Assembly: GCA_963832915.1 (NCBI GenBank)
Contig: CAWHWE010000013.1
Location: 1,644-65,643 of the forward strand
Direction of reading: 5' to 3'
Source of the DNA: an uncultured Acidobacteriota bacterium
Lineage (GTDB): Bacteria > Acidobacteriota > Terriglobia > UBA7540
DNA length: 64,000 bases
Shown here: positions 46,734 to 56,402 of the stretch, one piece after another
Numbering within the stretch: the stretch's first letter is position 1
Layout: each line of letters starts with the position of its first letter
Translations under genes and position numbers: made by a program
Notes under the pieces: generated by a model
Told to the model about the DNA's origin: nothing
What the model saw: only the letters and a program-made list of their open reading frames with translations
Database searches by the model: none

Positions 46734-47195
46734 TCAGATTTCCACCACGAGCCGAGCCTTTTGAATGTTGGAGAGTTCGAGCTCCTTGAGGCCAGCGTCT
46801 CCCAAGTCCAGCCGAACACGACCCGCTTCAAAGCCCGCCAAGCGTCCTTCCAGGACCTTTTGATTGTCCACTGGCTCGCGCACCACCACCCGCGCCTTCC
46901 GTCCCGTAAAATGCGTAAAGTCGCTGGCCTTGACCAACTGCCTGTCGAGACCCGGAGATGATACCTCCAACGTATAGCTACCCGGAAAAGGGTCTTCCAC
47001 ATCCAGCATGACGCTCAACTGCTCGCTCACGAGTTGACAATCCGCATGGGAAATTCCTCCCGGCTTGTCGATGTACACCCGCAGGAGCTGGCTTCCCCGC
47101 CCCCCCTTGAGTTGCACGTCAACTAGCGTCAACCCTTCCGAGACCGCGACTCGCTGGGCCATCTCCGTGATCTTCTCCAGGTCAGCCTCGAGCAT
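46734..47195 (-). CDS. rimP: Ribosome maturation factor RimP
   Basis: …LVDVQLKGGRGSQLLRVYIDKPGGISHADC… RimP core; start chosen at the internal Met; the 5' extension of the track ORF is not conserved. Confidence 0.8.
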   Translation of the reverse strand: MLEADLEKITEMAQRVAVSEGLTLVDVQLKGGRGSQLLRVYIDKPGGISHADCQLVSEQLSVMLDVEDPFPGSYTLEVSSPGLDRQLVKASDFTHFTGRKARVVVREPVDNQKVLEGRLAGFEAGRVRLDLGDAGLKELELSNIQKARLVVEI

Positions 47196-47694
47196 CGCCG
47201 TGCGCCTTGCACTCCTCTCCCGTTGCAAATCCGATGGGGGGAAACCCCGACAAGATTCGCGACCTATAAAAAAAGTGGGCTTTCGCCCACTAAGCGCGTT
47301 CGCCATGATTAGTATAGACCTTGAAAGCGACAAATAGCAAGGCCGCCTAAAACCTGTTACTGGGGAGTCACTTGGAATGGGGATACAATCGAGCCGCTGG
47401 TCATTCCCACTAAAGCGGGAATCCAGTCAATCCACAGGAAATTTCCGAAGGTTTGCAGAGTGGATTCCCGCTTTCGCGGGAATGACCGCGTTTCGTAAGG
47501 GATTTTGGACCTTTAGGTAAGGCACAGGAGGAGTTACCGTGCCAAAATCCTTTCGTTATGCCTTGCAGGCTCTTAAAAAGGGAAACAATGCCAGCCCCTT
47601 CCTAAGTCCTCCGGTTTTGCGCTAAGATGGCGCGTCCAAGGCTGAATGGGGCGGACTCGTTCTGCCGAGCAGGTGGCAATTCAGGACCCGTCCC

Positions 47695-48639
47695 GTGCGC
47701 AGCCACAGATTCGTCAACAGTCTTTGCCGACCCGAACCCGACCGAGGAATTGTGGAATCATCACCCAAGGAAAGACTTTACGCTTTCAAACCCCAACACT
47801 CATTTTTTGTTGGCATTGATTCGGATGGTTGTGTTTTTGACAGCATGGAAATCAAGGTCAAAGAGTGCGTCATCCCCAACCTCATCAAATACTGGAAACT
47901 GCAAGCCATCTCGAAATACGCGCGTGCCGCGGCCGAATTCGTCAACCTCTATTCAAAGTGGAGGGGTGTCAACCGCTTCCCTGCCCTGACCAAAACCTTC
48001 GAACTGTTAGGCGACTGGCCCGAAGCGATGCGGCGTGAGGCGCCGATTCCCGATGTCACTAGTCTTCAGGCCTGGATCGATTCCGGCGCGGCACTCGGAA
48101 ACCAGGCACTTGAATCGGAGGTTGCCAAAACGGGCGACCGGGAGCTGAAGCAGGCCCTGGAATGGAGCAAAGCCATCAATCGTTCGATCGCCGATATGGT
48201 TGAGGGAGTGCCCCCCTTCCCCTGGTTCCGCGAGTGCGCGGAGAAACTTGCGCGGCAGGCTGACGTGATCTGCATCTCAGTTACCTCCGGCGAAGCGCTG
48301 CAGCGCGAGTGGCAGGAGCACGACATCGCAAAGTACGCTGCCGTCATAGCGGGCCAGGAAATGGGCAGCAAGAAGGAACACCTGAAGATTGCAGCGGGAG
48401 GCAGGTACCCGAAGGAATGCACCCTCATGATGGGCGATGCGCCAGGTGACCTTGCCGCCGCGCGTGCCAATAGCGCCCTGTTCTTCCCCATCAACCCTGG
48501 GCACGAGGAGCATTCCTGGGAAAGGTTCTACCGCGAGGGCATCGACCGCTTCTTCAATCTTACCTATGCAGGCGACTACGAAGCCTCGTTGATCGATGAG
48601 TTCGAAAGGTTGCTCCCCGAGAAGCCACCGTGGAAATGA
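47695..48639 (+). CDS. HAD-superfamily hydrolase-like protein; start uncertain
   Basis: …FFVGIDSDGCVF… (motif I DxDG) and …MMGDAPGDLAAA… (motif IV). Confidence 0.5.
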   Translation: MRSHRFVNSLCRPEPDRGIVESSPKERLYAFKPQHSFFVGIDSDGCVFDSMEIKVKECVIPNLIKYWKLQAISKYARAAAEFVNLYSKWRGVNRFPALTKTFELLGDWPEAMRREAPIPDVTSLQAWIDSGAALGNQALESEVAKTGDRELKQALEWSKAINRSIADMVEGVPPFPWFRECAEKLARQADVICISVTSGEALQREWQEHDIAKYAAVIAGQEMGSKKEHLKIAAGGRYPKECTLMMGDAPGDLAAARANSALFFPINPGHEEHSWERFYREGIDRFFNLTYAGDYEASLIDEFERLLPEKPPWK

Positions 48640-48757
48640 TGGAATTGGCTTAGGGGTTGATCAATTCTATTTCTGAAGTGTGAAGTGTAAAGTACGATGT
48701 CCCTCGCGAACCCATGGCTCTTGACTCCTGAATCCTGGCTCCTGATTCATGTCTTTC

Positions 48758-49522
48758 TCAGGGCTCCATGTCGCCGATGGTCTTGACAATCCGTGTCGGC
48801 TGGTAGGGGAAGCGCCGTACGTCCTCCTCGCGGGTGACTCCGGTCAGAACCAGTATCGTCTCCATCCCGGACTCAATCCCGGTCACGATATCGGTGTCCA
48901 TGCGATCGCCGATCATCACGGTATTCTCGGAGTGAGCGCCCAGGTAATTCAACGCCAGCCGCGTCATGAGCGGGTTTGGCTTGCCAACAAAGAAGGGGCT
49001 GACTCCGCTCGCCCTCTCGATAAGCGCTGCCATGGCTCCGCAGGCGGGCACGAGGCCGTCTTCCGCCGGGCCCGCTGGGTCGGGATTGGTGGCGATAAAG
49101 TGTGCGCCCTGGCAAACCAACCGGATGGCCTTGGTGATTTGCTCAAAATCGATGCTGTTGCTCTCGCCCAGAACCACGTATTCCGGGTCGTGATCCGTAA
49201 TGATGTAACCCACATCATGGATGGCATCTGTCAGTCCGCTCTCGCCGATCACAAAAGCTGTACTACGGGGGCGCTGCGCATTTAGAAACCGGGCCGTGGC
49301 CAGTGCCGAGGTGAAGATGAGCTCGGGGGGCACGTCAAGTCCGATCCATTGCAGCCGGTGGGCGAGGTCAACGGGCGTGTAGCGCGGGTTGTTGGTCAAC
49401 ACCAGGTACTTGGCGCCGCTCTCCTTCAACCGGGCGATGAACTTGTCAGCGCCCGGGACGATGTTCGTACCGGTAACCAGCACTCCGTCCATGTCCATTA
49501 AATAACTCATGGCTGGCTCCAT
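48758..49522 (-). CDS. HAD-IIA family hydrolase (NagD/TIGR01460-like sugar-phosphatase)
   Basis: …[10 protein letters not shown]… motif I, …LTNN… , …GKP… and …GDRMDTDI… motif IV. Confidence 0.8.
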   Translation of the reverse strand: MEPAMSYLMDMDGVLVTGTNIVPGADKFIARLKESGAKYLVLTNNPRYTPVDLAHRLQWIGLDVPPELIFTSALATARFLNAQRPRSTAFVIGESGLTDAIHDVGYIITDHDPEYVVLGESNSIDFEQITKAIRLVCQGAHFIATNPDPAGPAEDGLVPACGAMAALIERASGVSPFFVGKPNPLMTRLALNYLGAHSENTVMIGDRMDTDIVTGIESGMETILVLTGVTREEDVRRFPYQPTRIVKTIGDMEP

Positions 49523-49663
49523 ATCGGCTCCATCGAGAGATTCCGGTTTCAGGTGTCAGGTTCCAGGCGCCATGGGCTCGGTGCTGGGGACCAGGGAGAG
49601 GCAGGCTACCAACGCGCAACCCCGGTTTTTGTAGCCCTCGGCTCACTGCTTGCTGCCTACTGC

Positions 49664-50764
49664 CTACTGCCTTCCGTTCTTCACGGGGGCCCGCCGCAGC
49701 GCCGACTGCATCATCAGAAACTCCCCCACGTTGTCGGTGGTGAGCATTCCAACAAGTTGGCCGTCATGGACAACCGGTAAGGAACGGGACTTACTATCGT
49801 GCAGAACCACAAGGGCGCGTTCCAGCATGTCGTGCGAGTCAACGGCTTGAAACTCACGCTTCATAGCATCGCGAACCAGGGTATCAGAACCGTGTTGAGC
49901 GATGGTACGGAATACATCTTCCCGAGAGAGCACACCCAGGACACGGTCGCCAAATACAACCGGAAAATCCTGCTGCCCCCCGGCGAGGGTATGATCGATG
50001 GCGGTCTGGAGCGGGTCGTCCGGGTTGATGGTGCGAAATTCCGTGAGCATAGCCCGCTGCACCGGGATGCCCCCGAGGGAGGCGTGCACCTGCACCATCG
50101 CGGCTTCCTGTTCAGCCCCCATCCAAACGAACAAAGCGATGAAAAGAAGGAAAGGGTCTGTAAACAGGCCCACGAAACCAAAAACATAGGCGATAGCTTG
50201 GCCGATGCGCGAGGCAAGGACCGTGGCTCGTGTGTATTCCAAGCGAGTGGCAAGAATGGCGCGCAGCACGCGCCCACCATCCATGGGGAAGGCGGGGATG
50301 AGGTTAAAGGCGAGCAACCAGAGGTTGACCACCATCAGCCTGTTCAGGAAATTTCCTCCCAACCAATGGAACGGCTGAACCTGAGGGGAAATACCGGCGA
50401 AAAGCTCCCCTGCATATAGCGCGCCCGCAATCACCGCGTTCACGGCCGGCCCCGCCAGCGCCACCCAAAGCTCCTGGATCGGCACGTCCGGCATACGCTC
50501 CAGGCGCGCCAATCCCCCGATCGGTAACAACGTAATATCGCGCGTCTGTATGCCGTACTTGCGCGCGGCCAGCGCGTGGCCCAGCTCGTGCAGCACGATG
50601 CAAGCAAAGATGACCAGTATAAACAACGTGCCCGCAAGCGCGCCCTCCATGGTGCGACCCTGATGCAAATACACGCCGAGTATGAAAAGGATGAGCAGGA
50701 CAAAGGTGGCATGCACGTACACGCCTATGCCGGCGATTGTTCCGATTCTCCAGGACCAGCGCAT
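49664..50764 (-). CDS. Site-2 protease family (M50) zinc metalloprotease with a CBS-domain pair
   Basis: HELGHALAARKYG (HExxH in a TM helix) and a C-terminal CBS-like region. Confidence 0.8.
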   Translation of the reverse strand: MRWSWRIGTIAGIGVYVHATFVLLILFILGVYLHQGRTMEGALAGTLFILVIFACIVLHELGHALAARKYGIQTRDITLLPIGGLARLERMPDVPIQELWVALAGPAVNAVIAGALYAGELFAGISPQVQPFHWLGGNFLNRLMVVNLWLLAFNLIPAFPMDGGRVLRAILATRLEYTRATVLASRIGQAIAYVFGFVGLFTDPFLLFIALFVWMGAEQEAAMVQVHASLGGIPVQRAMLTEFRTINPDDPLQTAIDHTLAGGQQDFPVVFGDRVLGVLSREDVFRTIAQHGSDTLVRDAMKREFQAVDSHDMLERALVVLHDSKSRSLPVVHDGQLVGMLTTDNVGEFLMMQSALRRAPVKNGRQ

Positions 50765-50889
50765 AATTCACTCCCCCCGCTCAGGTGCGCGCCTCGCCAA
50801 CCGTAGTGGACCAGTCTGAGCAAGAGGCGCTTGAAGCCACCACAAGCGAAGGTAACACTGCTCGCATGGCGCCTGCAAGCTTCAGCTCC

Positions 50890-51034
50890 GCCGCCCTGGT
50901 TGTAGGGGTACGGCTTGCCGTACCCTTTTCATTCTTATCGCGTGACCGTACCAAGAGGGTACGGCAAGCCGTACCCCTACAACCAGGAAGTGCCCCGCGG
51001 CCATTGTCAAGAATTGGATGTTCCAGCACACTTG
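50890..51034. repeat. MITE-like dispersed repeat, copy B (inverted relative to copy A; one end truncated), followed by the inverted repeat CCATTGTCAA...TTGACAATGG (51001-51065)
   Basis: ~90% identity to the reverse complement of 588-728. Confidence 0.8.
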
Positions 51035-51220
51035 TGTCATGTAACACTGTATTGTTGACAATGGTATCACTTGACCGTTGCTAAAGCCGGGATCCTGAGG
51101 GTGACTGTTTTTCATCCGGCTGTGCGACAACCAGGAGAATCCTCAGGCCGATTCCTGGACGCGACGGAAGCGGAGTGTGCCCGACTTTGAAGAATCGCCC
51201 GCCATCATAAGGAGAATGGG

Positions 51221-51904
51221 ATGGATTACACCTACGATGACATTGCCAAGATGATTGACCACTCTTTGCTGAACCCTAACCTGACCGACAAAGAACTCGA
51301 GAGGGGATGCCGACAGGGCGTGGATTACAACTGCGCCAGCGTCTGTATCATGCCGTATTACTTAAAGCGCTGTGCGGAGATTCTGCGCGGCAGCACGGTC
51401 AGGGCTAGCACCACGGTAGCCTTCCCGCACGGCGGCCACACCACGGCCATTAAACTCGCGGAGGCCAAACAGGCCCTCGACAACGGCGGTGAAGAACTGG
51501 ACATGGTTGTCAACATCAGCAAAGTTCTCAGCGGCGACTGGGATTACGTGCGCCAAGACCTCAAAGCGGTCATTGACCTCACCCACGACCGCGGCCAAAA
51601 GGTCAAGGTCATCTTTGAGAACTGCTACCTGAAAAACGAGCACAAGATCCGCCTCTGTGAAATCTGCGGCGAGTTGCGAGCCGATTGGGTGAAAACTTCC
51701 ACCGGCTATGGTAGCGGGGGGGCGACCATCGAGGATCTGAAACTAATGAGGGCGCATTCACCAGCACACGTTCAGGTGAAGGCGGCGGGCGGGGTGCGCG
51801 ATCTCGACAAGCTGCTCGCGGTCCGCGCCCTCGGTGTGACACGCGTCGGCGCCAGTCGAACCGCCGACATTCTCGAGGAATATAAGCGCCGGCTTACGTT
51901 GTGA
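51221..51904 (+). CDS. deoC: Deoxyribose-phosphate aldolase
   Basis: …KVIFENCYL… and …VKTSTGYG… (Schiff-base lysine region); 227 aa. Confidence 0.85.
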   Translation: MDYTYDDIAKMIDHSLLNPNLTDKELERGCRQGVDYNCASVCIMPYYLKRCAEILRGSTVRASTTVAFPHGGHTTAIKLAEAKQALDNGGEELDMVVNISKVLSGDWDYVRQDLKAVIDLTHDRGQKVKVIFENCYLKNEHKIRLCEICGELRADWVKTSTGYGSGGATIEDLKLMRAHSPAHVQVKAAGGVRDLDKLLAVRALGVTRVGASRTADILEEYKRRLTL

Positions 51905-51966
51905 AAGGCAGGCGCCCGGGGAGCAGGAAGCGCCGAGCCCCACTCTGTCCGGGGGGGGTCTTCAAA

Positions 51967-52419
51967 TTACTTCTTGGCCGCGTCCTTCAACCTCTTGCGC
52001 AGAGAATCCAGAGCCTCCGGGGCGCGCGTCGCCATCCATTGTTCATATTTGCGCGCCAGCGTCTCCAAGCTTTTCCAGGCAAGAGGATTCTTGCGTGCCT
52101 CACGCAGGGCAGGCGCCAGGTGTTTCACCTTTTCCCAGATCAGCCAGAACTCCGCGGTGTTTTCAAAAAACAGATCCGCTTTAAGCAGGCCGTGGTTCAC
52201 AAGGGAAGCAGCCATGTCCCAATAACTTAGAGTCATGCGAAAGAACGCGTTCTCTTCCGACCCCTGGGGCAGTTGCCTGCCCAGCTCCTCAATTGAGTCG
52301 ACCTGGAATTTCTCGATCATCCACTGGCGCGCCCGGCGCAATTTCTCCTCACGGCGCAGTTCGTAAAGACGCAGCAACAGGTCGGCATCGAAATGATCCA
52401 TACTTTCTCGCACGCGCAC
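51967..52419 (-). CDS. Hypothetical protein (150 aa, helical, Lys/Arg/Glu-rich)
   Basis: Clean ORF with a GGGAGG RBS; no family recognised. Confidence 0.5.
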   Translation of the reverse strand: MRVRESMDHFDADLLLRLYELRREEKLRRARQWMIEKFQVDSIEELGRQLPQGSEENAFFRMTLSYWDMAASLVNHGLLKADLFFENTAEFWLIWEKVKHLAPALREARKNPLAWKSLETLARKYEQWMATRAPEALDSLRKRLKDAAKK

Positions 52420-52580
52420 CTCCCTAGATCGCCCCCTTGATCACTCCAATCGTCTGACCGCTTCATGTCAAAGGGCGCCAAGCCCATTATTTCGCGGGCA
52501 GCCATGATACCACGAGACCGCTGGTCGGATTCAGCGACCTAGGCAAGTAAATGCCCGAGCCTTCTGACTAACATGCTTTA

Positions 52581-52710
52581 TTTTCAACGACATTCCCACT
52601 CCTAACACGTAACTATATTTGTTTTCTATGACATTCCCGCTTTCTATCGGGCCGTGAAATTGTTGCCCTTTGTTTTCATAGACATTCCCGCGTCATTCCC
52701 TCATTTCTTA
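52581..52710. repeat. GGGAATG tri-iteron element, copy B (reverse orientation; sub-repeats at 52581-52599, 52621-52640 and 52671-52690, plus an extra GTCATTCCC at 52691-52699), ~150 bp upstream of the gene at 52419
   Basis: Aligned with copy A at 5088-5210. Confidence 0.75.
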
Positions 52711-52939
52711 GCAACCACGCTTTTCCTTCTTTCACGTACGCGGGCATGTTGTCCACATGAAACGAGCAGAGTTTTCGCGTTTTGGGCTTGGCTTGGGGCA
52801 CCTTCGGGTGTGAATCGGAGCGCCGGCGTCGCATGGCGGACAAGTGGTTCCCGAAGGCCATGACCGCGTCCATGGCCCAGACCTAGAATCCTAGCCTATC
52901 TCTCTCCACTTGTCAAGAGACACCGTGTCCGCCTCACGC

Positions 52940-54592
52940 CTATGGGGTGGCCGGGACGCTGCGCCATTCCAGGTAACTGCCGCTTTGGATGACGTCGCGT
53001 GGCAACCTCAGCGCAAACTCCCGCAGACATTGAATCAGGTGCGAAACTTCCGAAGGATCCAGCGCGTAAAACGAGACCGTATCTCCACCCGCAATGACGT
53101 TGTTTCGGATCGTCCACCGGCCCACCCGGACCCATTCCGCAGGCAGGCCGCCCTCCCCCCCTGTAAACCAAGAATCGTAAACGATCGCGACTCGCGCTCC
53201 GGCTTGTTTGGAAAGGCGGGCGATGTCCCTGGTAAGATAGTTATGCGCTCGCTTCAACACAGTTATATCGCGATTGGCCAATCCCCAGAGATCAAGGCAA
53301 TGGATATCCGCCAGAAAGTTGACCGCGCCAACGTCATTCAGCGCGACGACTGAGCCTTGGTAATACTGACGGAGGAAAGACCCCATTTGATACTGTTGTT
53401 CGAAGATGTTGGCCGTGCACTGGGGGAGAAACCAGAGCAGCCGCGTGCCTTTCACGGCCAAAGGGAAGAAGAGCAGGAGCGCCAGCGCACCGGTGGCAAG
53501 GTATTTGGGAATCGACTCGCTGCTGAAAGAGGTCCGAGGTGGGAAGTCGGGCATTATGATAGGGAATTGCGAGGCGATGAAAACAACGCCCAGCACGAAG
53601 AGATAAGCGTCGTACCGGAAGAGCGGACTGACCTGCACAAATTCCACGTGGGGAATAGCCGTCACCAGCAAAATTGCGCCCATGACTTGGCGGCTATCAA
53701 AAACCCCGCGTCCCTTCCCACAGGCCAAAACGTAAAAGAGTAGAACCGCTATCAATAGCACGAACACGTGCAGGCCCAGGTGAAGATTGACAAATGCGTT
53801 GATCGCCAGGGAGAGGAATAAACCGCTCAGGGATCTCAGGTCCGGCGTCACGCCCTTCAATAGAACGGAACTCGGAAGCCAGAACCAGCCGTGCGACACC
53901 GAGATGATCCCGTAAATGACCACGGGAAGAAATCCGCAAACCACGAATGCGAGGGCGTAAAACCACCGTTTGCGAAGAAGAAGAAGGCCGCATATGGCAA
54001 GGATCAGGAACATTCCCTCGAAACGCACGGCCGTAACCAAAGGCGCCAGCACGAGAAGCAGGGTTGAATCGCGAGCGGCGGTACTCGGCGCTTCACCGGA
54101 GAGCACGCGCGCGGCGAGAAAAGTCCCCAGCAGGGCAAGAAGTGTCTGGAGGTTTTGTTCCATTCCGGAAAGTATCAAGGCAGGAAGCGGGATCAAGAAG
54201 ATAATCGCCAGAAGCGCTGCCAACTTCAGCGCCGGCGCCAGTTTGTAATGGGTAAGGATGGCATAGGCGACCCACAAAACAAGGACCGCGAAGAGCAGAT
54301 TCCACAGCAGAGGCGCAATCTGGCTCACTCCGAACAAGTAATACGTAAAACTTAGAAGGAGTGTCCATAGTATGGAGGAGGAAGAAGAGGCGAATCCATA
54401 TCGAGTGATGCCCCAGACCCCATAGAGGGAGAAATTCCTGGCCATGGCCATGTGAATGTACGCGTCATCAAGCGCGTAAACGAGATGCCCCTGGTTCTGG
54501 TAAAAGGAAGTGGCCGAGAGCAGCCCAAATAGAAGAGAGAGAATTAGAACCGATACGTAAAGCGGCCAGTGTTGCAGCAATTTTGTTTTCAA
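52940..54592 (-). CDS. Polytopic membrane protein (~14 TM), GT-C-like (ArnT/PMT-family) glycosyltransferase candidate
   Basis: 550 aa; many TM helices; early …ALDDAYIHMAMA… loop resembles the GT-C DxD/DE catalytic loop; assignment tentative. Confidence 0.45.
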   Translation of the reverse strand: MKTKLLQHWPLYVSVLILSLLFGLLSATSFYQNQGHLVYALDDAYIHMAMARNFSLYGVWGITRYGFASSSSSILWTLLLSFTYYLFGVSQIAPLLWNLLFAVLVLWVAYAILTHYKLAPALKLAALLAIIFLIPLPALILSGMEQNLQTLLALLGTFLAARVLSGEAPSTAARDSTLLLVLAPLVTAVRFEGMFLILAICGLLLLRKRWFYALAFVVCGFLPVVIYGIISVSHGWFWLPSSVLLKGVTPDLRSLSGLFLSLAINAFVNLHLGLHVFVLLIAVLLFYVLACGKGRGVFDSRQVMGAILLVTAIPHVEFVQVSPLFRYDAYLFVLGVVFIASQFPIIMPDFPPRTSFSSESIPKYLATGALALLLFFPLAVKGTRLLWFLPQCTANIFEQQYQMGSFLRQYYQGSVVALNDVGAVNFLADIHCLDLWGLANRDITVLKRAHNYLTRDIARLSKQAGARVAIVYDSWFTGGEGGLPAEWVRVGRWTIRNNVIAGGDTVSFYALDPSEVSHLIQCLREFALRLPRDVIQSGSYLEWRSVPATP

Positions 54593-54793
54593 TCGCCACT
54601 CCTCTCCTCAAAACGAGGGCAAAAGCGCGCGTCGTCCTTGCCCCCACGATCACAGAGGACTATACGCCAGCCTGGAAGATGTGTGCAGCCTTCGCGGTAA
54701 GAAAACGGCGTGAAAAGCGTGAGGAATCCAGTGCGATCATCCGCCCCGATGCGTCAATGGGTCAATAATGCAATGGATCAATAATCAGATGAG

Positions 54794-55378
54794 TCAATGG
54801 TCCAATTTCTTTCTGAAGTACCGATGGACGGTTTCGTCCTCAGTCAGTTCAGGATGGAAAGTTGCCGCAAGGATGCGGCCCTGCTCCACCAGCACCGGAA
54901 GTCCATCGCAGCGCCCCAGCACCCGCACCCCTTCCCCCACCCGGCGGATGATCGGCGCCCGGATAAAAACCATCTCCAGCGGGCGGGGCGAGAGTTCGGG
55001 ACATTCACCCAGGCGCACCGAGCTGTCAACTTGCCTGCCGTAGGCGTTGCGTTCGATGCTGATGTCCAGAAGGCCCAGACGCCCCTGGGAGGGACTCAAG
55101 ACTTCCTTCGCCAGCAGGATTGCGCCGGCGCATGTCCCGAACACGGGCTTACCAGCCGTCACGAATGCCTTGATCGCCTCGCCCATGCCTTCGTTGGAGA
55201 AAAACTTCAACATGGTGGTGCTCTCGCCGCCAGGCATGATCAAGCCGCCAACCTCCGCAAGCTCCGAAGCGTGTTTCACCAGCGTATAAGGCGCGCCGAT
55301 GCGCTCCAGCATTTTGGCGTGCATGGCAAAATCGCCTTGAATGGCGAGTACCCCGATGGGTTTGTGTCCGTTGTTCAT
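54794..55378 (-). CDS. pdxT: Pyridoxal 5'-phosphate synthase glutaminase subunit
   Basis: …IGVLAIQGDFAMH… and …GTCAGAILLA… (catalytic Cys) match PdxT. Confidence 0.9.
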   Translation of the reverse strand: MNNGHKPIGVLAIQGDFAMHAKMLERIGAPYTLVKHASELAEVGGLIMPGGESTTMLKFFSNEGMGEAIKAFVTAGKPVFGTCAGAILLAKEVLSPSQGRLGLLDISIERNAYGRQVDSSVRLGECPELSPRPLEMVFIRAPIIRRVGEGVRVLGRCDGLPVLVEQGRILAATFHPELTEDETVHRYFRKKLDH

Positions 55379-55669
55379 GGTCAGTAGTCAGTTCTCAGTG
55401 GTCAGTTGCCAGTAGTCCGTTGTTCGTAGTCCGTGGTCAGTCGTCCGTTCCAGCAACCGCCCCGCTCGACAGAAAGTAGCCCCCTCCCCCTTGAAGGCTG
55501 AGCGTCTCCCACACCTTTGACTGGATACCGGGGCCGAAGTGAATGAACCGCCCTCTCCCTTGGAGAGAGGGTGTCCAGCGACGGCGCTTTCTCCAGCCGT
55601 CGCCGGACGGGTGAGGGGGCATCGACCTTGCTTCGCCTCGTGCCGCCCGCTCTAGTGTAGAATACTTTC

Positions 55670-55897
55670 ATGGCTCAAACCCGCCCATTCCTTGTCAACC
55701 TGATCTTCGACCCCGAGTACGACGGCTACGTCGCTGACGTGCCGCAACTCCCTGGCTGCATGTCGCAAGGTAAAACCGTTGAGGCTGCGCTGAAAAACGT
55801 TCGCAAGGCTATCACCGCCTACCTTAAGGTGGCCGGGCAGCAAGAAATCACCGCGCTCCCCGAAGTGCTCACCAGCCAAGTCGAGGTCCGAGTTTGA
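55670..55897 (+). CDS. HicB-family antitoxin-like protein (orphan, 75 aa)
   Basis: …YDGYVADVPQLPGCMSQGKTVEAALKNVRKAI… the UPF0150/HicB N-domain pattern. Confidence 0.65.
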   Translation: MAQTRPFLVNLIFDPEYDGYVADVPQLPGCMSQGKTVEAALKNVRKAITAYLKVAGQQEITALPEVLTSQVEVRV

Positions 55898-55920
55898 CAC
55901 TCCTGGCCGACAGAGCCCTT

Positions 55921-56130
55921 TCAAACCTGTACATACTCGGTCGTCGAGGCCGGCTCCGGCACGGGATCGCCTTGTTCCCGCAGGCTGGAGACATGGAGCT
56001 CCACGGCCTCGCGAATTAGTCGCAAAGCCTCTTGGCGCGTTTCCCCCACAACGGCGCAGCCGGGTAGGTCCGGCACGTAGGCTCCGAAGCTGTTTCCACC
56101 TTTTTCGATAACAACAAGGTATTTCATCAA
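55921..56130 (-). CDS. hicB: HicB-family antitoxin (69 aa)
   Basis: …GGNSFGAYVPDLPGCAVVGETRQEALRLIREAVELHV… HicB pattern; overlaps hicA by ATGA. Confidence 0.75.
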   Translation of the reverse strand: MMKYLVVIEKGGNSFGAYVPDLPGCAVVGETRQEALRLIREAVELHVSSLREQGDPVPEPASTTEYVQV

Positions 56131-56333
56131 GGCTGTTGTCCTTTCAATCCGGCTTGCTTGAGGATGCTGTTCAGAGTGCCCGGCGGCACATCCAGGTTTG
56201 GCTTGCCGGCAACTGTTACTGTTCCAGGCTTAGTCGGATGTTTGTACTGCTGATGACTGCCCGTTGTTCTAACCAGCCTCCAATCGTCCTGCTCAATCAT
56301 CCTAATTACGTCGCGAAATTTCACATTCGCCAT
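56127..56333 (-). CDS. hicA: HicA-family mRNA interferase toxin (68 aa)
   Basis: …DWRLVRTTGSHQQYKHPTKPGTVTVAGKPNLDVPPGTLNSILKQAGL… matches HicA/YcfA. Confidence 0.8.
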   Translation of the reverse strand: MANVKFRDVIRMIEQDDWRLVRTTGSHQQYKHPTKPGTVTVAGKPNLDVPPGTLNSILKQAGLKGQQP

Positions 56334-56402
56334 CCAGTAGAATCAATTCACTATTCACTCGGCTTGCCCCCAACCTATGCGCCTGCCGCCGAGACGGCGG
56401 CG

